The notes beneath the pieces were generated by a model. That model saw nothing but the letters and a program-made list of their open reading frames with translations, was not told where the DNA came from and ran no database searches. Shown piece after piece: positions 47,201 to 58,500 of a stretch of 64,000 nucleotides of DNA. Every line of letters begins with the position of its first letter. The first letter of the stretch is position 1. A program made the position numbers and the translations under genes. The stretch is taken from the UHGV virus genome UHGV-0183930; one strand, written 5' to 3'. Origin of the DNA: a virus.

Positions 47201-48465
47201 ACTTCCCTCAATTCACTGACTCCTTTAAGGAAGTAATTGATGGTAGAGAGGGATTGAGAGGCTTAAGACAGTACACTAAGACAGGTAAGTTAAATGCAAA
47301 GACACTCAATAATATCTACAATGATTTGTTAGCTTATATTATGTCAAAGACATCATTCTTTGGGCAAGAAGCTAACCTCAGAGCAGATGATAAGGTTACA
47401 ACAGCCAGTGATAAAAGAAGGGATTTTATCAATAATTTCCCTGATTACTTCAACAGAACATTGAGTGAACATCCTGAAATAGCTGAACTTGAATTTGTTA
47501 AGAGACTAAGAGTAATAAGGGCTAACCAAAACAATCCCGTAGATACAGTAGTATTTAAGAATGTTGGTCAGTTAAGTCCTACTCTGAGAGAAAGATACAT
47601 GAGAGACTGGCAATCATTATTATATATGGGACCAGAAGCTCAGGCTTTAGCTCTTAATTTATTCAGATACAGTTATTACAGAAATGGGTTTGCATTTGGA
47701 CCTTCTACTTTCATTCATTTAGCACCAACTGCTATTAGACAATCCATTCCAGAGTATATTGATACACTGAGAGGATTGTTAGAAAGTGAGGATGATTACA
47801 GTCAGTTTATTGACCAGTATATCTACAATCACTTGGATAACAGACAGTTGGTTCCTGAGGTTCCTACAGAGGCTTCCACTTCTTTCATTAATGAAGAAGG
47901 TGATGCTTTACCAATGGTTAAAATAACTATTGATACTGAATCAAATAGTGGTGATAAGAAGATAATAAGGAAGAGAGAGGGAATAGGAGAGGAAACAACC
48001 TATGAATTCTTTGATTACATAGCAAGAAGATACAAGGGAGGTACAATATATTACAGGCTTACACAGGCTGATAATGTACAACCTAATGTAGCTGTGTATG
48101 AAAGAATAGACCCACTTGGATTCAAGAACAGTTTCATTGAGTATGAATATGGTAAAGATGTTACTGAAATGAAGTCAGTAATTGATAAGAATGATAGAGA
48201 CTATACTCCTTATTCAAGGGAGGATATTTCAGCCTTTAATGAAGATTCTAATATTGATTATGACAACATGCCAGAATATCTTGACTATGATTTCTCAAGT
48301 CTGGCTCAGGATATTGCAAGTGAGGCTTTCAGTCAGGTGTATGGTGCTCCCCTTGAAGTGAATGAAGGTAAAGCAGATGATATTAATTCTATCAGTCCTA
48401 ATACTGAGTATGAGGATGCAAACAATGATAAAATCTGTGGTGCAAATACATTATATGAATTATAG
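41224..48465 (+). CDS. crAss-like virion DNA-dependent RNA polymerase (single polypeptide)
   Basis: 2413 aa; GYRVPTEDKYS and GSDFDVDKL catalytic motif; ADAQAY; SVDNVKDP. Confidence 0.88.
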   Translation: MSKRCITTNSTIEELAAKLQGETIESVKGLVELWQDKNNKDWDTYPTASELNNFRAELRKGKDEMVEALDKALSPSFEAPRISSVEEQAKVDLDFDPRTRRDRVSLIARFFSNEIDTALQEHNDTLNKRIADAEKEGDILAVNELKEELNSLDRFKIIKLYTPAGLFSRVRDYFNNYILDSEENRIQSELNTINGMKGSERYSDEQKYEAAKKKALYKTNAYQKVVDNFKPLAEEASTILIATEGIRIDPNYIAPKDANLNNDTPEGESAVDEQADDFVKDEAFKDGWMTNYREVSSHESLSQEVRKVIREIPQLDYRGKYDKDDLGNLRFLDADYVHATLIDKLRDMITSDDMLPLLETLGNTKPWTKQIVKKLQAEPKLFSQFYQDFRKDFMPYWIQKKKLQADGTFKMETIAINKPEGVYYLLDEWRDNYENGNLLDDDSIYDKNGDLNLENAENGLKWTEALNNRFTNLSTEQRLELLQDEKVWKTLNKLLNMIGINPNQGVLLDALTNIKQYEGGTATDPIMLLLPQLNIIFSGVKKGEVKSETLEDGTEKRGDLINTFGSAYNSIAMMLAEVTEDAIESSVRENDKSYYSHVTPNYLGKLIKQLKNVMGNEARFKEFIKNEFGQYEWFYKDGRWRNDWIEQLVNNPEMRRGLSHKVLLNSDKVAYQNWDDLDYTLVLLTEYFGDPDNSKSDIQWANYHVPILSDSPSAEFIRFRKYDNHSIIGEDGEYMKYDDIILDRFVDLINQEVDRIALVNQRDEEYQKGNPNIAPIANYDIVRDKEGNIKSIGGAEFKFLTALNDVRYDNGETFLDRFQRIQIEGTGAELREFIRESVREALDNEFEETYREWAKAGLLEELPNGKYKYLGVIGVNTGQSSYNRNTATSLNNAKKALEGMWTTEMDILLRDYNNNNPVDDRRATTLFESIKDLLREKMVRGEITAKEMDSINRNLVIRNNAKAKLREYFWNSKFATSQIIELTTTDLAFYKNIEDFQKRYKEVHAPALRLNTNSKYGRKEERTIYLKDDEIVSAALEDIKTVLDERVKKGEMSKRDRDLIVYKFKEVNVADAQAYRSLSSYRAVLDMSGQWTDDMQRAFDNFQSGKWDMADFNIIWQTKKPYVYTQVNNMSGVQGHTGIKTPVQHKNSEFLLMAMHHLVAGPLGKSGKLVAINEFMEENGIDVVQFESTTKVGKQGVINLNNVNTKEDVKAVLKNATTQDGVENPNVVHKVSYEDYGIQTATPEHAIDAVQLVGTQIRKLITADISPDTIIDVNGKKMTKQEWLDLYNAINTENIIQAFADVNEIFKDAKQVEKILLEELRGNQRYGIDMIRACTLNEKGQFNIPLFDPVQSQRVQTLLNSIIKSRITKQKIRGGALIQVSDYGLTDELKIVFEGEGENKRIKYLEVYMPAYSRKFYEPLMKAGTHELDVNKLPDSLRKLIGYRVPTEDKYSMAPLYIKGFLPQQNGSAIMLPAEITTLSGSDFDVDKLYIMLPEFKITPKYNRRQFVDDLVAQLTQGKAVSPEVLKEYRQSVNRAIDEGRKAPKDSQEYNLWKTYKANREKYRVAQEDKIEKIEYDFSKSPQENSLEARNNLLIDMMWGVLTNADTASKILNPGGFDYQKKSARMINILQSSRESELRKELNIPENQSTLSKLSSMDLEELDKLAKKFKKKLDPLNPRTQVQLHQQNMTGAALIGIYANHNANHALMQHTELGLDTENGSFLLNGKRLTSLHGLMNDNKEYISRNNAGFLAASVDNVKDPVLASLNQNTFTADASMLLSRLGYNPIEIGLIMSQPIVIDITNTYFRESREGKGKDTIIDEVIENYKKRAAMMEEVTYDNYKSNKFMADDLADAIILQKEVEELSDRNQTADYRKVEFYKKQVAAGFLFKRIMNTADALGQLVQATRADTQGGAAGPTIADTQIKIQKVDDFLTNVVLNENSPLTGADVIMPFNLDGMSIDQIRERLLESPLPYLQAFFSLGINQTQEMFSRYFPQFTDSFKEVIDGREGLRGLRQYTKTGKLNAKTLNNIYNDLLAYIMSKTSFFGQEANLRADDKVTTASDKRRDFINNFPDYFNRTLSEHPEIAELEFVKRLRVIRANQNNPVDTVVFKNVGQLSPTLRERYMRDWQSLLYMGPEAQALALNLFRYSYYRNGFAFGPSTFIHLAPTAIRQSIPEYIDTLRGLLESEDDYSQFIDQYIYNHLDNRQLVPEVPTEASTSFINEEGDALPMVKITIDTESNSGDKKIIRKREGIGEETTYEFFDYIARRYKGGTIYYRLTQADNVQPNVAVYERIDPLGFKNSFIEYEYGKDVTEMKSVIDKNDRDYTPYSREDISAFNEDSNIDYDNMPEYLDYDFSSLAQDIASEAFSQVYGAPLEVNEGKADDINSISPNTEYEDANNDKICGANTLYEL

Positions 48466-48467
48466 AT

Positions 48468-51400
48468 ATGGCTAAGAAATGTGCAATAATTCCTCAAGTG
48501 AGGAACAGTAAAAATGAGGTAGTAAGCAGCAGGTTATTCAAAGACCTGCTGGCTTATGCCCCTAATAGACAGGAGGCAACAAGAATATACCTCATTACAA
48601 AAAGTAGTGACTTTATTACTAATTGGAATCCAAAACTACAAATGGATGAAAATGGTGAACCTACTCTTAGTAGTCTCTTGAAGAAAACTAATCTAAAGAA
48701 TGTTATTGGTGAACAGAAGATTCTAAGAAATCTTAATGAAGAGATTGGTCATTATCATAAGACAGGCAGAACTAAACTTTATCTGAACAATGATGTGAAC
48801 TATAGAATGTTAGTCCAAAAGGCTATTCAATTCAATACTCAATCAGAGTTTAGAGAAGACTATGTAGCCAGTGTTGAGAAGGTATGGGATAATGAAAGTA
48901 ATAGGGTTTACATCAGTCCTTTTGTCAGAGTAAGAAACAAGATGAATAGCATCGAAGCTAATAATATGCAGTATAATGAAAACTTAAACAATAGATTAAG
49001 GGAGATATTAGCTGCCAATGGTATTGGAATAGGTGCTCTTACAGACTTGGAACAGAGAAGAGGAGTAGCTGGTGTAACTGACTTTAGTCAAGCCAAAGAT
49101 GCTGCAACAGGTATAATTGAATTGATTAGACTTGCTAATGGTATTAAAGGTGAAAGGGCATTACCTGAGGAGTTTGCTCACTTTGCTATTGAGGCAATGG
49201 GTGATAACCCTCTTATTAATAGATTGGTTAATCACTTGGCTAATAATAGCTTGGTAGGTGAAATATTAGGTGATGATTATGCTACTTATGATACCTTATA
49301 TAAGGGTGATGAATCAAAGTTAGCCAGAGAAGCTGCTGGTAAGTTACTTGCCAAGCACTTATTACAGTCTGAACCTGTTCCTTCTTCATCTTATAAATCC
49401 CTTCTGGAGAGGTTTATCAATGCTGTAAAAAATTTCTTTAGAGGATTAGGGGCTTCACAGTTACAAAAAGCAATACTTGAAGCAGAAAGCAGCTTTAGTA
49501 AGCTGGCTGGTGATATTCTCACTGGACAGATGGATGAAGCTATCAATGTTGAGAATATAGCCACTTCTGAGGCTTTCTATTCTACTACTGAAAGGGTAGA
49601 TAGAGATAAGGTTCTGTTACAGAAGATTATAGACAATGAGTTAAAGAGACTTAAGATTTATGAAAAGAGAAATCCTAACAGTCAATTTAGTGCCAATCAA
49701 AGGCTGTTAATAGACAGGTTAGAGCTTGAATTAGCTGATAATAGTGAGATTGAAGGTATCTATATGTTCCTTGATAATGCCCTTGAAGAACTAAGGAAAG
49801 TAAGTAGTAGGCTTGAGGTATTAAGAAATACTCCTGCAACCAATCTTAATGAAAGGGCTGGAGTACTTAGAGATATCAGGAACTATATGTACAGTTATAA
49901 GAGGATAGCTGATTCAGTAAGAGAGGCTCTTAGAGAGGAAGAGAAGTCCACAGACAATAGATATGGTCAAAGAGTAAGGGTTGCATTAGATAATGTCACT
50001 ACAATGCTTAATGACCTTGCAGTGGACTACAATACAATCTCTATGCCTTTATTTGTTGATTTCATCAAACCCTTTGTAGGAGATAACCTTGTGGTTCCCT
50101 TTGGAAAGTACAAAGGAAAGACCCTTAATGCAGAAGAGTTGGTTAAAGTAGCTGATGAAGACATTTCTTTCTTTGACAGATGGCTGGATAGTATGGCAGA
50201 CAGCTCTGATTATATGTTGAAGATTATGGACCAAGCTGTTAAAAAGAGCAAGGAACAAGCCAGATTGAAGACTATTGATATTCAGAAGGAACTGCAAGCT
50301 GCCACTATTAAACTTGAACAGGCTGGTGTGAAAGACACTGAGTGGATGTTTGAGAGAGATAGTAAAGGTAATCTGAGTGGTAATTACATCAGTGAAATAA
50401 ATCATGCTCTATTCAGAGAGAGAATGAGGACTATGTTCCAAAGTCTCAATGAAAAGTATGGCAGAAATCCTGTGGGAGAAAATGCTGATAAGTACAATGA
50501 AGAGAGACAGAACTGGTTTAATGCCAATATGGAGACTGTAGATGGTGTCAGACAACCTAAGAAATCCATCTATGAAAGTATGGAGTTCAGAAGGCTTAAT
50601 AAAGCCCAGAGAGAATATTATACTACTGTAATGGATATTAAGGCTAAACTTGATGCTCTACTTCCTGATAAGTACACAAAGCTGAATAGTGCTGTGAAGA
50701 TTAGGAAAGATTTGGTTGAGAGGGTTAAAAGCTCTGAGAGTGTAAAATCAGGTGCTCAACAAGTTTGGGAAAGTATCAAAGATAATTTCATTAGGAGAAC
50801 TGATGATACAGACTTTGGAGACAAGGCAACTGTAAAAGACTTTGAAGATAGAGAGGTACAAATGTTACCTATCTACTTTACTAAGCTCAAGAAGGGAGAA
50901 AGTGCTAATGACTTATCTACTGATATAGTAGGTACTCTTACAGCTTATGCAGCTATGGCAAATGACTTTGATGAAATGAATAAAGTCATTGATGTTCTTG
51001 AGGTAGGTAGAGATATGTTGAGAGAAAGACAGGTTACTCAAACTTCTGGTGGTAAACCAATGGTTGAGAAATTTAAGGCAGTAGGTAGAAAGGTTGAGAG
51101 TAAATTAACCAAGACAGGAGATAAGTCAAGGTTTATGGAAAGACTAAATGACTTCTTTGAAATGCAGGTATATGGTAGATATATGGCAGATGAAGGTACA
51201 TTTGGTAAGACTAATATTGATAAGGGTAAGGTTGCTAACTTTATTAATAGAATGACCTCAATGAATAATCTTGCTTTAAATGTGTTATCTGGTGTTTCCA
51301 ATGTGGCTACTGGTAAGGTGATGATGAGAATTGAATCTATGTCTGGAGAGTTCTTCAATGAAAAGAACACCCTAAAGGCTGATAGAAACTATGGTAAGGA

Positions 51401-52517
51401 ACTTCCATCATTCTTAGCTCAGTTAGGTGATAGAGTAAAGACTAATAAGTTAGCTTTATGGGATGAACTATTCAATGTAATGCAGGAGTATGAACAGGAT
51501 ACAAGAGAAGTCAACTTTGATAGGAAGACTTGGTTCAGTAGAATGTTTGGAACATCAGCACTCTTCTTTATGAATAATGCTGGTGAACACTGGATGCAGA
51601 ATAGAACTTCATTAGCACTTGCTGATGCTTATAAAATGAAAGCTCCTAATGGTAAGATAGTAAGCCTGTGGGATTCTTTTGAGGTTGTACCACTGGATAG
51701 TAGTAATAAGAAGTTAGGTGCTAAATTACAACTAAAACAAGGTTATACCAAGGCTGATGGTTCAGCTTTCACACAAGAAGATATAATCAAGTTCAGTAGA
51801 AAAGCAGCAGCTATTAATCAAAGAATGCACGGTATTTACAATAAAGCTGATAGAAGTGCTGTACAAAGGTTAGCTATTGGTAGATTGGGTATAATGTTCA
51901 GGAAGTGGATTAAACCATCATTGAATAGAAGATTCAAATCAGCTACATATAACTATGACCTTGAAGCATGGACAGAAGGTTATTATCTTACTACTGGAAG
52001 ATTCATGAATGCCTTATTCCAAGACCTTAGAAAAGCTCAGTTTGATATTGCAAGTAAGTGGAATGAAATGACTCCTACTGAGCAAGCAAATGTCAAGAGA
52101 GCATTGACTGAGGTAGCTCACTTCCTTGCAGTAGCAGCAGCTATTGGATTGATAGAGTGGAGTGATGATAGGGATAGACCTTGGTTAGTTAAGATGGTAG
52201 AGTATCAGTTGAGAAGATTATACACTGAATTAGGTGCTCTTACTCCTACTCCAGAGATGGTTGGTGAAGGATTGAGAATATTAAAGTCTCCTGCTGCTGG
52301 TGTAAATACAGTGGAAAAGACTCTTAATCTAATCAATCTGATGAATCCAATGAACTATGAAACATTCAATGGAGAAGATGCAATACTCAAGTCTGGACCT
52401 TATAAAGATAAGTCTAAGGCTCAACAGAGTTTACTTAAGTCTCCACTTGCTCCTATGTATAATACAATACTAAGAGGAGTTTATATTGAAGACCAAATAC
52501 CATTCTTTAAGCAATAG
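48468..52517 (+). CDS. large virion/ejected cargo protein
   Basis: 1349 aa, helical, adjacent to RNAP; degenerate zincin-like PEEFAHF. Confidence 0.7.
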   Translation: MAKKCAIIPQVRNSKNEVVSSRLFKDLLAYAPNRQEATRIYLITKSSDFITNWNPKLQMDENGEPTLSSLLKKTNLKNVIGEQKILRNLNEEIGHYHKTGRTKLYLNNDVNYRMLVQKAIQFNTQSEFREDYVASVEKVWDNESNRVYISPFVRVRNKMNSIEANNMQYNENLNNRLREILAANGIGIGALTDLEQRRGVAGVTDFSQAKDAATGIIELIRLANGIKGERALPEEFAHFAIEAMGDNPLINRLVNHLANNSLVGEILGDDYATYDTLYKGDESKLAREAAGKLLAKHLLQSEPVPSSSYKSLLERFINAVKNFFRGLGASQLQKAILEAESSFSKLAGDILTGQMDEAINVENIATSEAFYSTTERVDRDKVLLQKIIDNELKRLKIYEKRNPNSQFSANQRLLIDRLELELADNSEIEGIYMFLDNALEELRKVSSRLEVLRNTPATNLNERAGVLRDIRNYMYSYKRIADSVREALREEEKSTDNRYGQRVRVALDNVTTMLNDLAVDYNTISMPLFVDFIKPFVGDNLVVPFGKYKGKTLNAEELVKVADEDISFFDRWLDSMADSSDYMLKIMDQAVKKSKEQARLKTIDIQKELQAATIKLEQAGVKDTEWMFERDSKGNLSGNYISEINHALFRERMRTMFQSLNEKYGRNPVGENADKYNEERQNWFNANMETVDGVRQPKKSIYESMEFRRLNKAQREYYTTVMDIKAKLDALLPDKYTKLNSAVKIRKDLVERVKSSESVKSGAQQVWESIKDNFIRRTDDTDFGDKATVKDFEDREVQMLPIYFTKLKKGESANDLSTDIVGTLTAYAAMANDFDEMNKVIDVLEVGRDMLRERQVTQTSGGKPMVEKFKAVGRKVESKLTKTGDKSRFMERLNDFFEMQVYGRYMADEGTFGKTNIDKGKVANFINRMTSMNNLALNVLSGVSNVATGKVMMRIESMSGEFFNEKNTLKADRNYGKELPSFLAQLGDRVKTNKLALWDELFNVMQEYEQDTREVNFDRKTWFSRMFGTSALFFMNNAGEHWMQNRTSLALADAYKMKAPNGKIVSLWDSFEVVPLDSSNKKLGAKLQLKQGYTKADGSAFTQEDIIKFSRKAAAINQRMHGIYNKADRSAVQRLAIGRLGIMFRKWIKPSLNRRFKSATYNYDLEAWTEGYYLTTGRFMNALFQDLRKAQFDIASKWNEMTPTEQANVKRALTEVAHFLAVAAAIGLIEWSDDRDRPWLVKMVEYQLRRLYTELGALTPTPEMVGEGLRILKSPAAGVNTVEKTLNLINLMNPMNYETFNGEDAILKSGPYKDKSKAQQSLLKSPLAPMYNTILRGVYIEDQIPFFKQ

Positions 52518-52521
52518 TCTT

Positions 52522-52563
52522 AAAACAAGTAAGGGAGAGTATGATTACTCTCCCTTTTTATTT
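52522..52563. terminator. terminator between convergent genes (probably bidirectional)
   Basis: AAGGGAGAGTA-TGAT-TACTCTCCCTT with T tract; A-rich on the other side. Confidence 0.8.
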
Positions 52564-52597
52564 ACACCCTAATAAAAAATTTCAGCCTAATGCTTGG

Positions 52598-55500
52598 TTA
52601 TGAACATCTGATAGCTTGCTCTCTTTCCTCTTGGGAAATTTGATTCCACATTTCTTCTGTCCATCCTTTCTTTTCAAGTGCTTCTCTTGTTTCAGTTTCT
52701 AATCCTATAAACTCTAAAGATTCAGCTCTACTATTATTGAGTGCTGGAACCTTATAAGTAGAATTAGAATAATTACCCTCATTGATATTCCTGTAATATT
52801 CAGTTAGAGAAGGTCTTAACTGGTTCCAATTAGCTACTTTAGCAAACAATTCCTTGAAGAAATTGATTATCTTAGTACCTAAAGATTGAGTATCTTTGGT
52901 CATTACATACTCTCTGAAACCTTCTGCCATTCTTTCTTCAAGTTCTGAGTTGCTCAATTCACCATAAGTTCTCTTGGCTTCTTTAAGTAATTCTTCTCTT
53001 AATTCAGGCTCTGTGAGTAAATGGAATACTGCATGAAATGCTTCATGATATGTAGTCCCTTCGGCAGCTATATCACTTAAAGTAATAATACCATCACTAA
53101 ATTGACCCCATGCTAATGCACCAGTCTTTGCTACTTTGATAAGACCATTAGTAACTACTACTCTCTCACTCTCACTTAGTTGAGGTAGAACCTTGTTTAA
53201 CCAAGCTAACTCCTTATCTTTATCCCATATAGGTCTTGATAAATCATCAACTTGTCTTAACTCAAACACATCTTCAAATTCTTCATCAACCTGATTAATA
53301 GCCTGCTCTTTAGCTACTGTAGCTTGAGCACCACTTGTAGTGGCTTGGTTAATAGTGGCAGGAATAATAGGCTTCTCAATCTTGACTGGTTCAGTGGAAG
53401 GATTATAGATAATGGTCTTTTCTTGAGACATATCTATAACTCTCTTAGGATTACCCTCAAGAGCTTTCTTTATACTGGCTTTAGCCTCACTCTCACTATA
53501 TGAAGTATTAGCTCCTTTCACCATTGGGAATGTAACCCCATTAGGAAATACTGCCAAGAAATCATTAGATGCAACATGTGCAGGTTGGTCTCCAAAGCCT
53601 TTAGTGATATTAGGAACCTTGGTCATATATACCTCAACTCCATTTACCTTTCCAATAGAACTTAAATAACCTGTATGCAATTTACCATCTCTTAAGAAGT
53701 AACCTACCTTACCATCAGCTAATGTAAATTCAGGTAATACATCATTTATAGGACTCTGTGTTTCAAGTGTACTATTGAAGATAGGTAAAGAGCTATTAGT
53801 ATTATTCACTTCTGGAGTAGCTACTGCACCAACTAAAGGAACATTTACAGATGAATCATAGTTTAATAGAATCCCTTTCTCCTTAGTTACTCTACTGACA
53901 TTATCCTTGTTGTATTCAAGTACAAAAGGTAATATAGCTAAAGTAGTGATAGGAGTATGATATTGAGACTCAAACAAGTTCTTGTAAGCACTCAGTTGTT
54001 TAGTATAATATTGCTCCTGACTCATTGTTTGGGTATTAGATTTATTCTTGAAATAATTAACCTTTCTACCATTCCTATCAATAAAGTCATAGAAGCTATA
54101 TCTACTTGTCTTAACATCATATATCTTGAAGTTTCCATTAGCATCTACAGAGAGAATATCTACTTCACCAGCCACTCTGTTTCCATTCTCAAACTTATTG
54201 AAGAGCACTATATTATTAGTAAGGAATGTTTCACCCCTTGCTTCAATATTGCTCTTAATTTCAGTAAGAGAAGTAACCAAGTCATTAAATGCCTGTTCAG
54301 ACATATTACTTGGTTTAACTGGCATTTCATTTGATGTGAAGAAGTTTCTGATTATACTATCTACAGAAGTGCCTGCTTCTAATGCTCTCTGTGAATTAGT
54401 TCCTGACATCTTGTCTCTTACTATATTCACAATAGTATCTCTGCTTCTTGCATCAATCTTACCCTCAAATGCTGAAAGGTCAACACCATAATGGTTACTT
54501 AAGTTCCTAAGATAGTTATTGAATTGTGTTATATTATCTGCATTCTTTGAGAGATTGACTCTTAAATCCTGTAGAGCTTTAGTCTGTTTAGGAGACTCAA
54601 CCCAATTACTTCCTAATACTGAATGTACCCTCTTATATTCATGGTACTCACCATCATCTTCAAGAATATAATAGAATTCTCCATCAGTTCTTGTCTTATC
54701 AACCTTAGACTGGTTCTCTGCAATCTGGTCTATAACTTTCTTAGAGTCAGCTACAGTCTTTTTTCTATCAGCTAATTTCTGTTTGAATTTATCTGATGCA
54801 GCACCAGTTACATACTGACCTGTATTTCTGTTCAGAACCTTACCATTAGGGAGAAGGGTGATACCCCCCATCATCATGGAGCCATTCTGAGCATCCCCAT
54901 AGTTTTCCTGTATATAAGCCATATCAAGGATAGACTCTGGGAAAGAGTTAAGAGTCCTGCCATTATTATCCCTTACAGTATTTGAAGTCAAATCTACATG
55001 GTATGTAGTATTATCAAATGAAACTGTAGTTCCAGCAATAGCTCCCTCAGTACCTCCTACAGGAGTTTGTACTTTTCTACCTTCCTCAGGCTTAACTGAT
55101 GCAGGGTTTAGAGCTTGTTGGAGATTACCTTGTATATCAAAATAATCAGTTGTAAACCAACTACTCTTTACACTGGCATCTACTATATTGGATGTCATTA
55201 CTCCAGAAGAGAGTAACATGTTATTGTAGCCTCCCTTATTAAGCATACCAAGATTGACCTGTAATGGAAGATTGAATGCCATTAAAATGTTTTGTATTTC
55301 ACTGGCTACTTCTGCTGAGTCTCTTGTATCAGGTTGAGTTTTAACACCCTCTCCACCTAATTCATAGAGAACATTAGGGTCCCATCTTTCAGTTAAGAAT
55401 ACAGTTCTTGCATCTTCTCTTCTGACTCTCTTACCATCTACTTCATCATAGATTTCATTCTTATTGGCATCTCTCTGAACCTTAGTAAACCTGATACCAT

Positions 55501-58500
55501 TACCATTCTTACCTTGAATAAAGTCAATATGAACATCACCAATGTATAGGCTTCTTGCCAAGTCTTTTACTGCATTACTAACATCTTCCTCTGTAAAAGC
55601 ATTAGCTAAAGCATCAATAGACTTCCTTATATTCTTATACAAAGGAGTGGAGTTGATAGTAACATCTTCTGGATTATATTCACTTTCATTGAAGTGCTTA
55701 ACCCTTACAGCAGCAGGACTATATTTACCAGCAGCATTAGGAATTAGTATGTACATTCTACCTTCCTTTTGGCTCATATCCATTGGCTTGATGATTAAAT
55801 CATCACTGATTCTACCATTAGTAGATAGGATACCATTCTTTACAATACCAAAGATGGATTCCTTAGATACATTAGGAATATCTCCCATGTTTCTTTCTTC
55901 TGTACTATAAGGTATTCTACCAATCATCATCTGAGATACTCTTGTAGTAGGAGTAGCTATGAATTTCTTATCCTTTCCAGTCTGATTGAACTCAGTTTTC
56001 ACTCTTTCAATAAGACCTGACAATCCTTCATACCTATCAACTACATACTGACTTTCATCTAAGGAACCAACTATTTGGTTATTCCTCTTATCTACAATAA
56101 AGATTGTATGGTCATTAAATTCAGGGTCAATCATGAAACCAAGTTCATCACCTGCCTTTAGATTACCTTCATTTACATAACTGAAAGCTCTATTATCTCT
56201 TAGATAGTTGTAAAGTTCATCAAAGTTTAAGTTCTCTTTCTCTGCAACTACTACATTGAAAGGTCTGAAATCTCCATCCTTACTTGCATTGATATGCAAT
56301 TCAGGTATAGTAGGTCTATAATATTGTCTCTTACTTTTCTGACTACTGTCTAAAGATTGAGGAGTAGGAGCATTTTCATTGGCTTTCTTATTTTCCTCTG
56401 CTACCATTTGAGGAGTAATATTACCCACAGGAGGTTCATAAGTATTAACTGGTCCACTATTAACTGGAGGTACAGTAGGAGTACCACTATCTCCAGTTAC
56501 ATCTTTCTCAGTTGTTCCTTTAGTTCCTTCTGTTCTATCAACTGGTTTCAAGTATTCAGCAGGGAATCTTGCTTTAAACCTTTGGTCATTATTTACTGCA
56601 CTCATTGCAGACAGAAGACCATATTGAGCCTCAGCAAAATTCATCATATTCACATCATCTGGAAGATTTTCATCATACAGAGTTTCTGGATTATTAATGA
56701 ATACTGAGTTAGGATTAGCCATTTCTTCAAGGTTATTAGCATTTTCATGCTGTGCCCTAAGAAGTTCTTGTGCATTAGCTTTAGCCTCAGGAGAGATAGA
56801 TTGGTTACTATCTATTGCCTTACTTACCTCACTATTATACATTTGAACTTCCTTATAGTCCTTAGCCATCTTATTACCTTCATTCTCAAGTTCATCAAGA
56901 ATCTGTTGTCTTTTAGATGAATCAGGCTCATTATTCAATGCTTCCCTGAATTCATTAAGGTTTGTAGCAGCTAAAGCTGCATCCTTAGTCTTAGCTATCT
57001 CTTGTCTTTCATTCTCTCTTATAATATTCTCTCTTTGTCTCTCTTGCTTTTGTTGTAGAGCCTGAGGATTTCTAAGATAAGTATCATATTTGTCAATGAA
57101 ATCACTTCTTCTTTCAAGTATTCTCCTTAAATCATGAAGATTCTCTGATATTCCCTGTGCCTTAAGAATAGGAAATCTTTCAGATATACTTTCTGATGCC
57201 TTTTCCAGAGCTTTAATAAAAGGACCATTGTCCTCTGAATTAAGCACTGAGGATAATTGTTCAGGACTTAAGTTAAGAAGCATCCTTATGGCACTTGAAT
57301 CCTTTGTTACAGCTTCTTTTATTATATCTGGAGATTCAGGATTGTATATATCCCTTTCTACATCAGCAGCTATAGTTCTTAAAGATTCTTGTACCTTTCC
57401 AAATACATCCTTAAATCTGTTTTCAAGGTTATCAATATTTGAGAAGTAGTAAGTCATTTCTTCAAGACCATCTTCATCAAAGTAATCTCCAATCTTAACC
57501 TGTAAGTCCTGACTAATCTTTCTATAGTTATCTACAGCTTCCTTAGTCTCTTGAGTCTGCTTTTGAATCTGCTCAATTACTTCTGCATCAGTCATATTAT
57601 CATATACTGATGTACCAGTTTCTTGATTGGTAGTAAGCTGTCTTATTTGTTCAACATCTTCTTCCCTAACATTACCAGCTTCCTCAATTATATCATATAA
57701 GTCATTGATTCTTCCTGCTTTATCAAACATGATAACATCACTAATAAGCTGATTGTGTTCAGCATTCTTAAATTCAAAGTTATCATTATTGTCAGCAGCT
57801 TCATCCATCTGTCTCTGGTAAGCATTATGTCTGATAGCTGATTGATAGTAGTTAAGGAACTCTGGTGATTGTACTCTATTATTCAGTTGAGTTACAATAG
57901 CATCATCTTTTTCATTCCTTTCTCTTATCTCTTGAATATCTTCCTTAATACCTCCTTGCAGATACACTGGAGATTGGAAACCACCTTCACTGTTCTTTAC
58001 ACTTCTAAATCCAGGAATACCAACTAAACCAGTTAAACCTCCAATGAAACCTTCTTCCCATCCTTCAACAGTACCATAAGTCTGCCCAATAGCTTTTGCA
58101 GTAGCTTGTAACCAGTCAATGGTTTCACTCTCTGCTTCTGGGTCTATCTTGGCTCCATAGAAATCATTAAGTTCAGAAGCATATTTATATCCTGCAACTT
58201 TACCTGCAACAGCCTGTCCCATTTCTTCATAAGGACCTTCTGCAACACCCTTACTTGCAATCTTCAAAGCATTTCTAAGTACAGAAGGCTTGGCTGCACT
58301 GTAACTTACAGTACCATCCTCTGCAACTGTTCTTAGTATTTGACTGCCTTTCTTAGCTGTATTATATCCACCTGCATAGAATTTACCAAACTGCCAAGCA
58401 TCTGATACAGTAAGTAGTGGAATATTCAGAGCAAAGTCTATATTACCCATCTTAGCCCTATCTTCTGATAGTTTCTGTAGCCCACCATTGTAATCAAACT

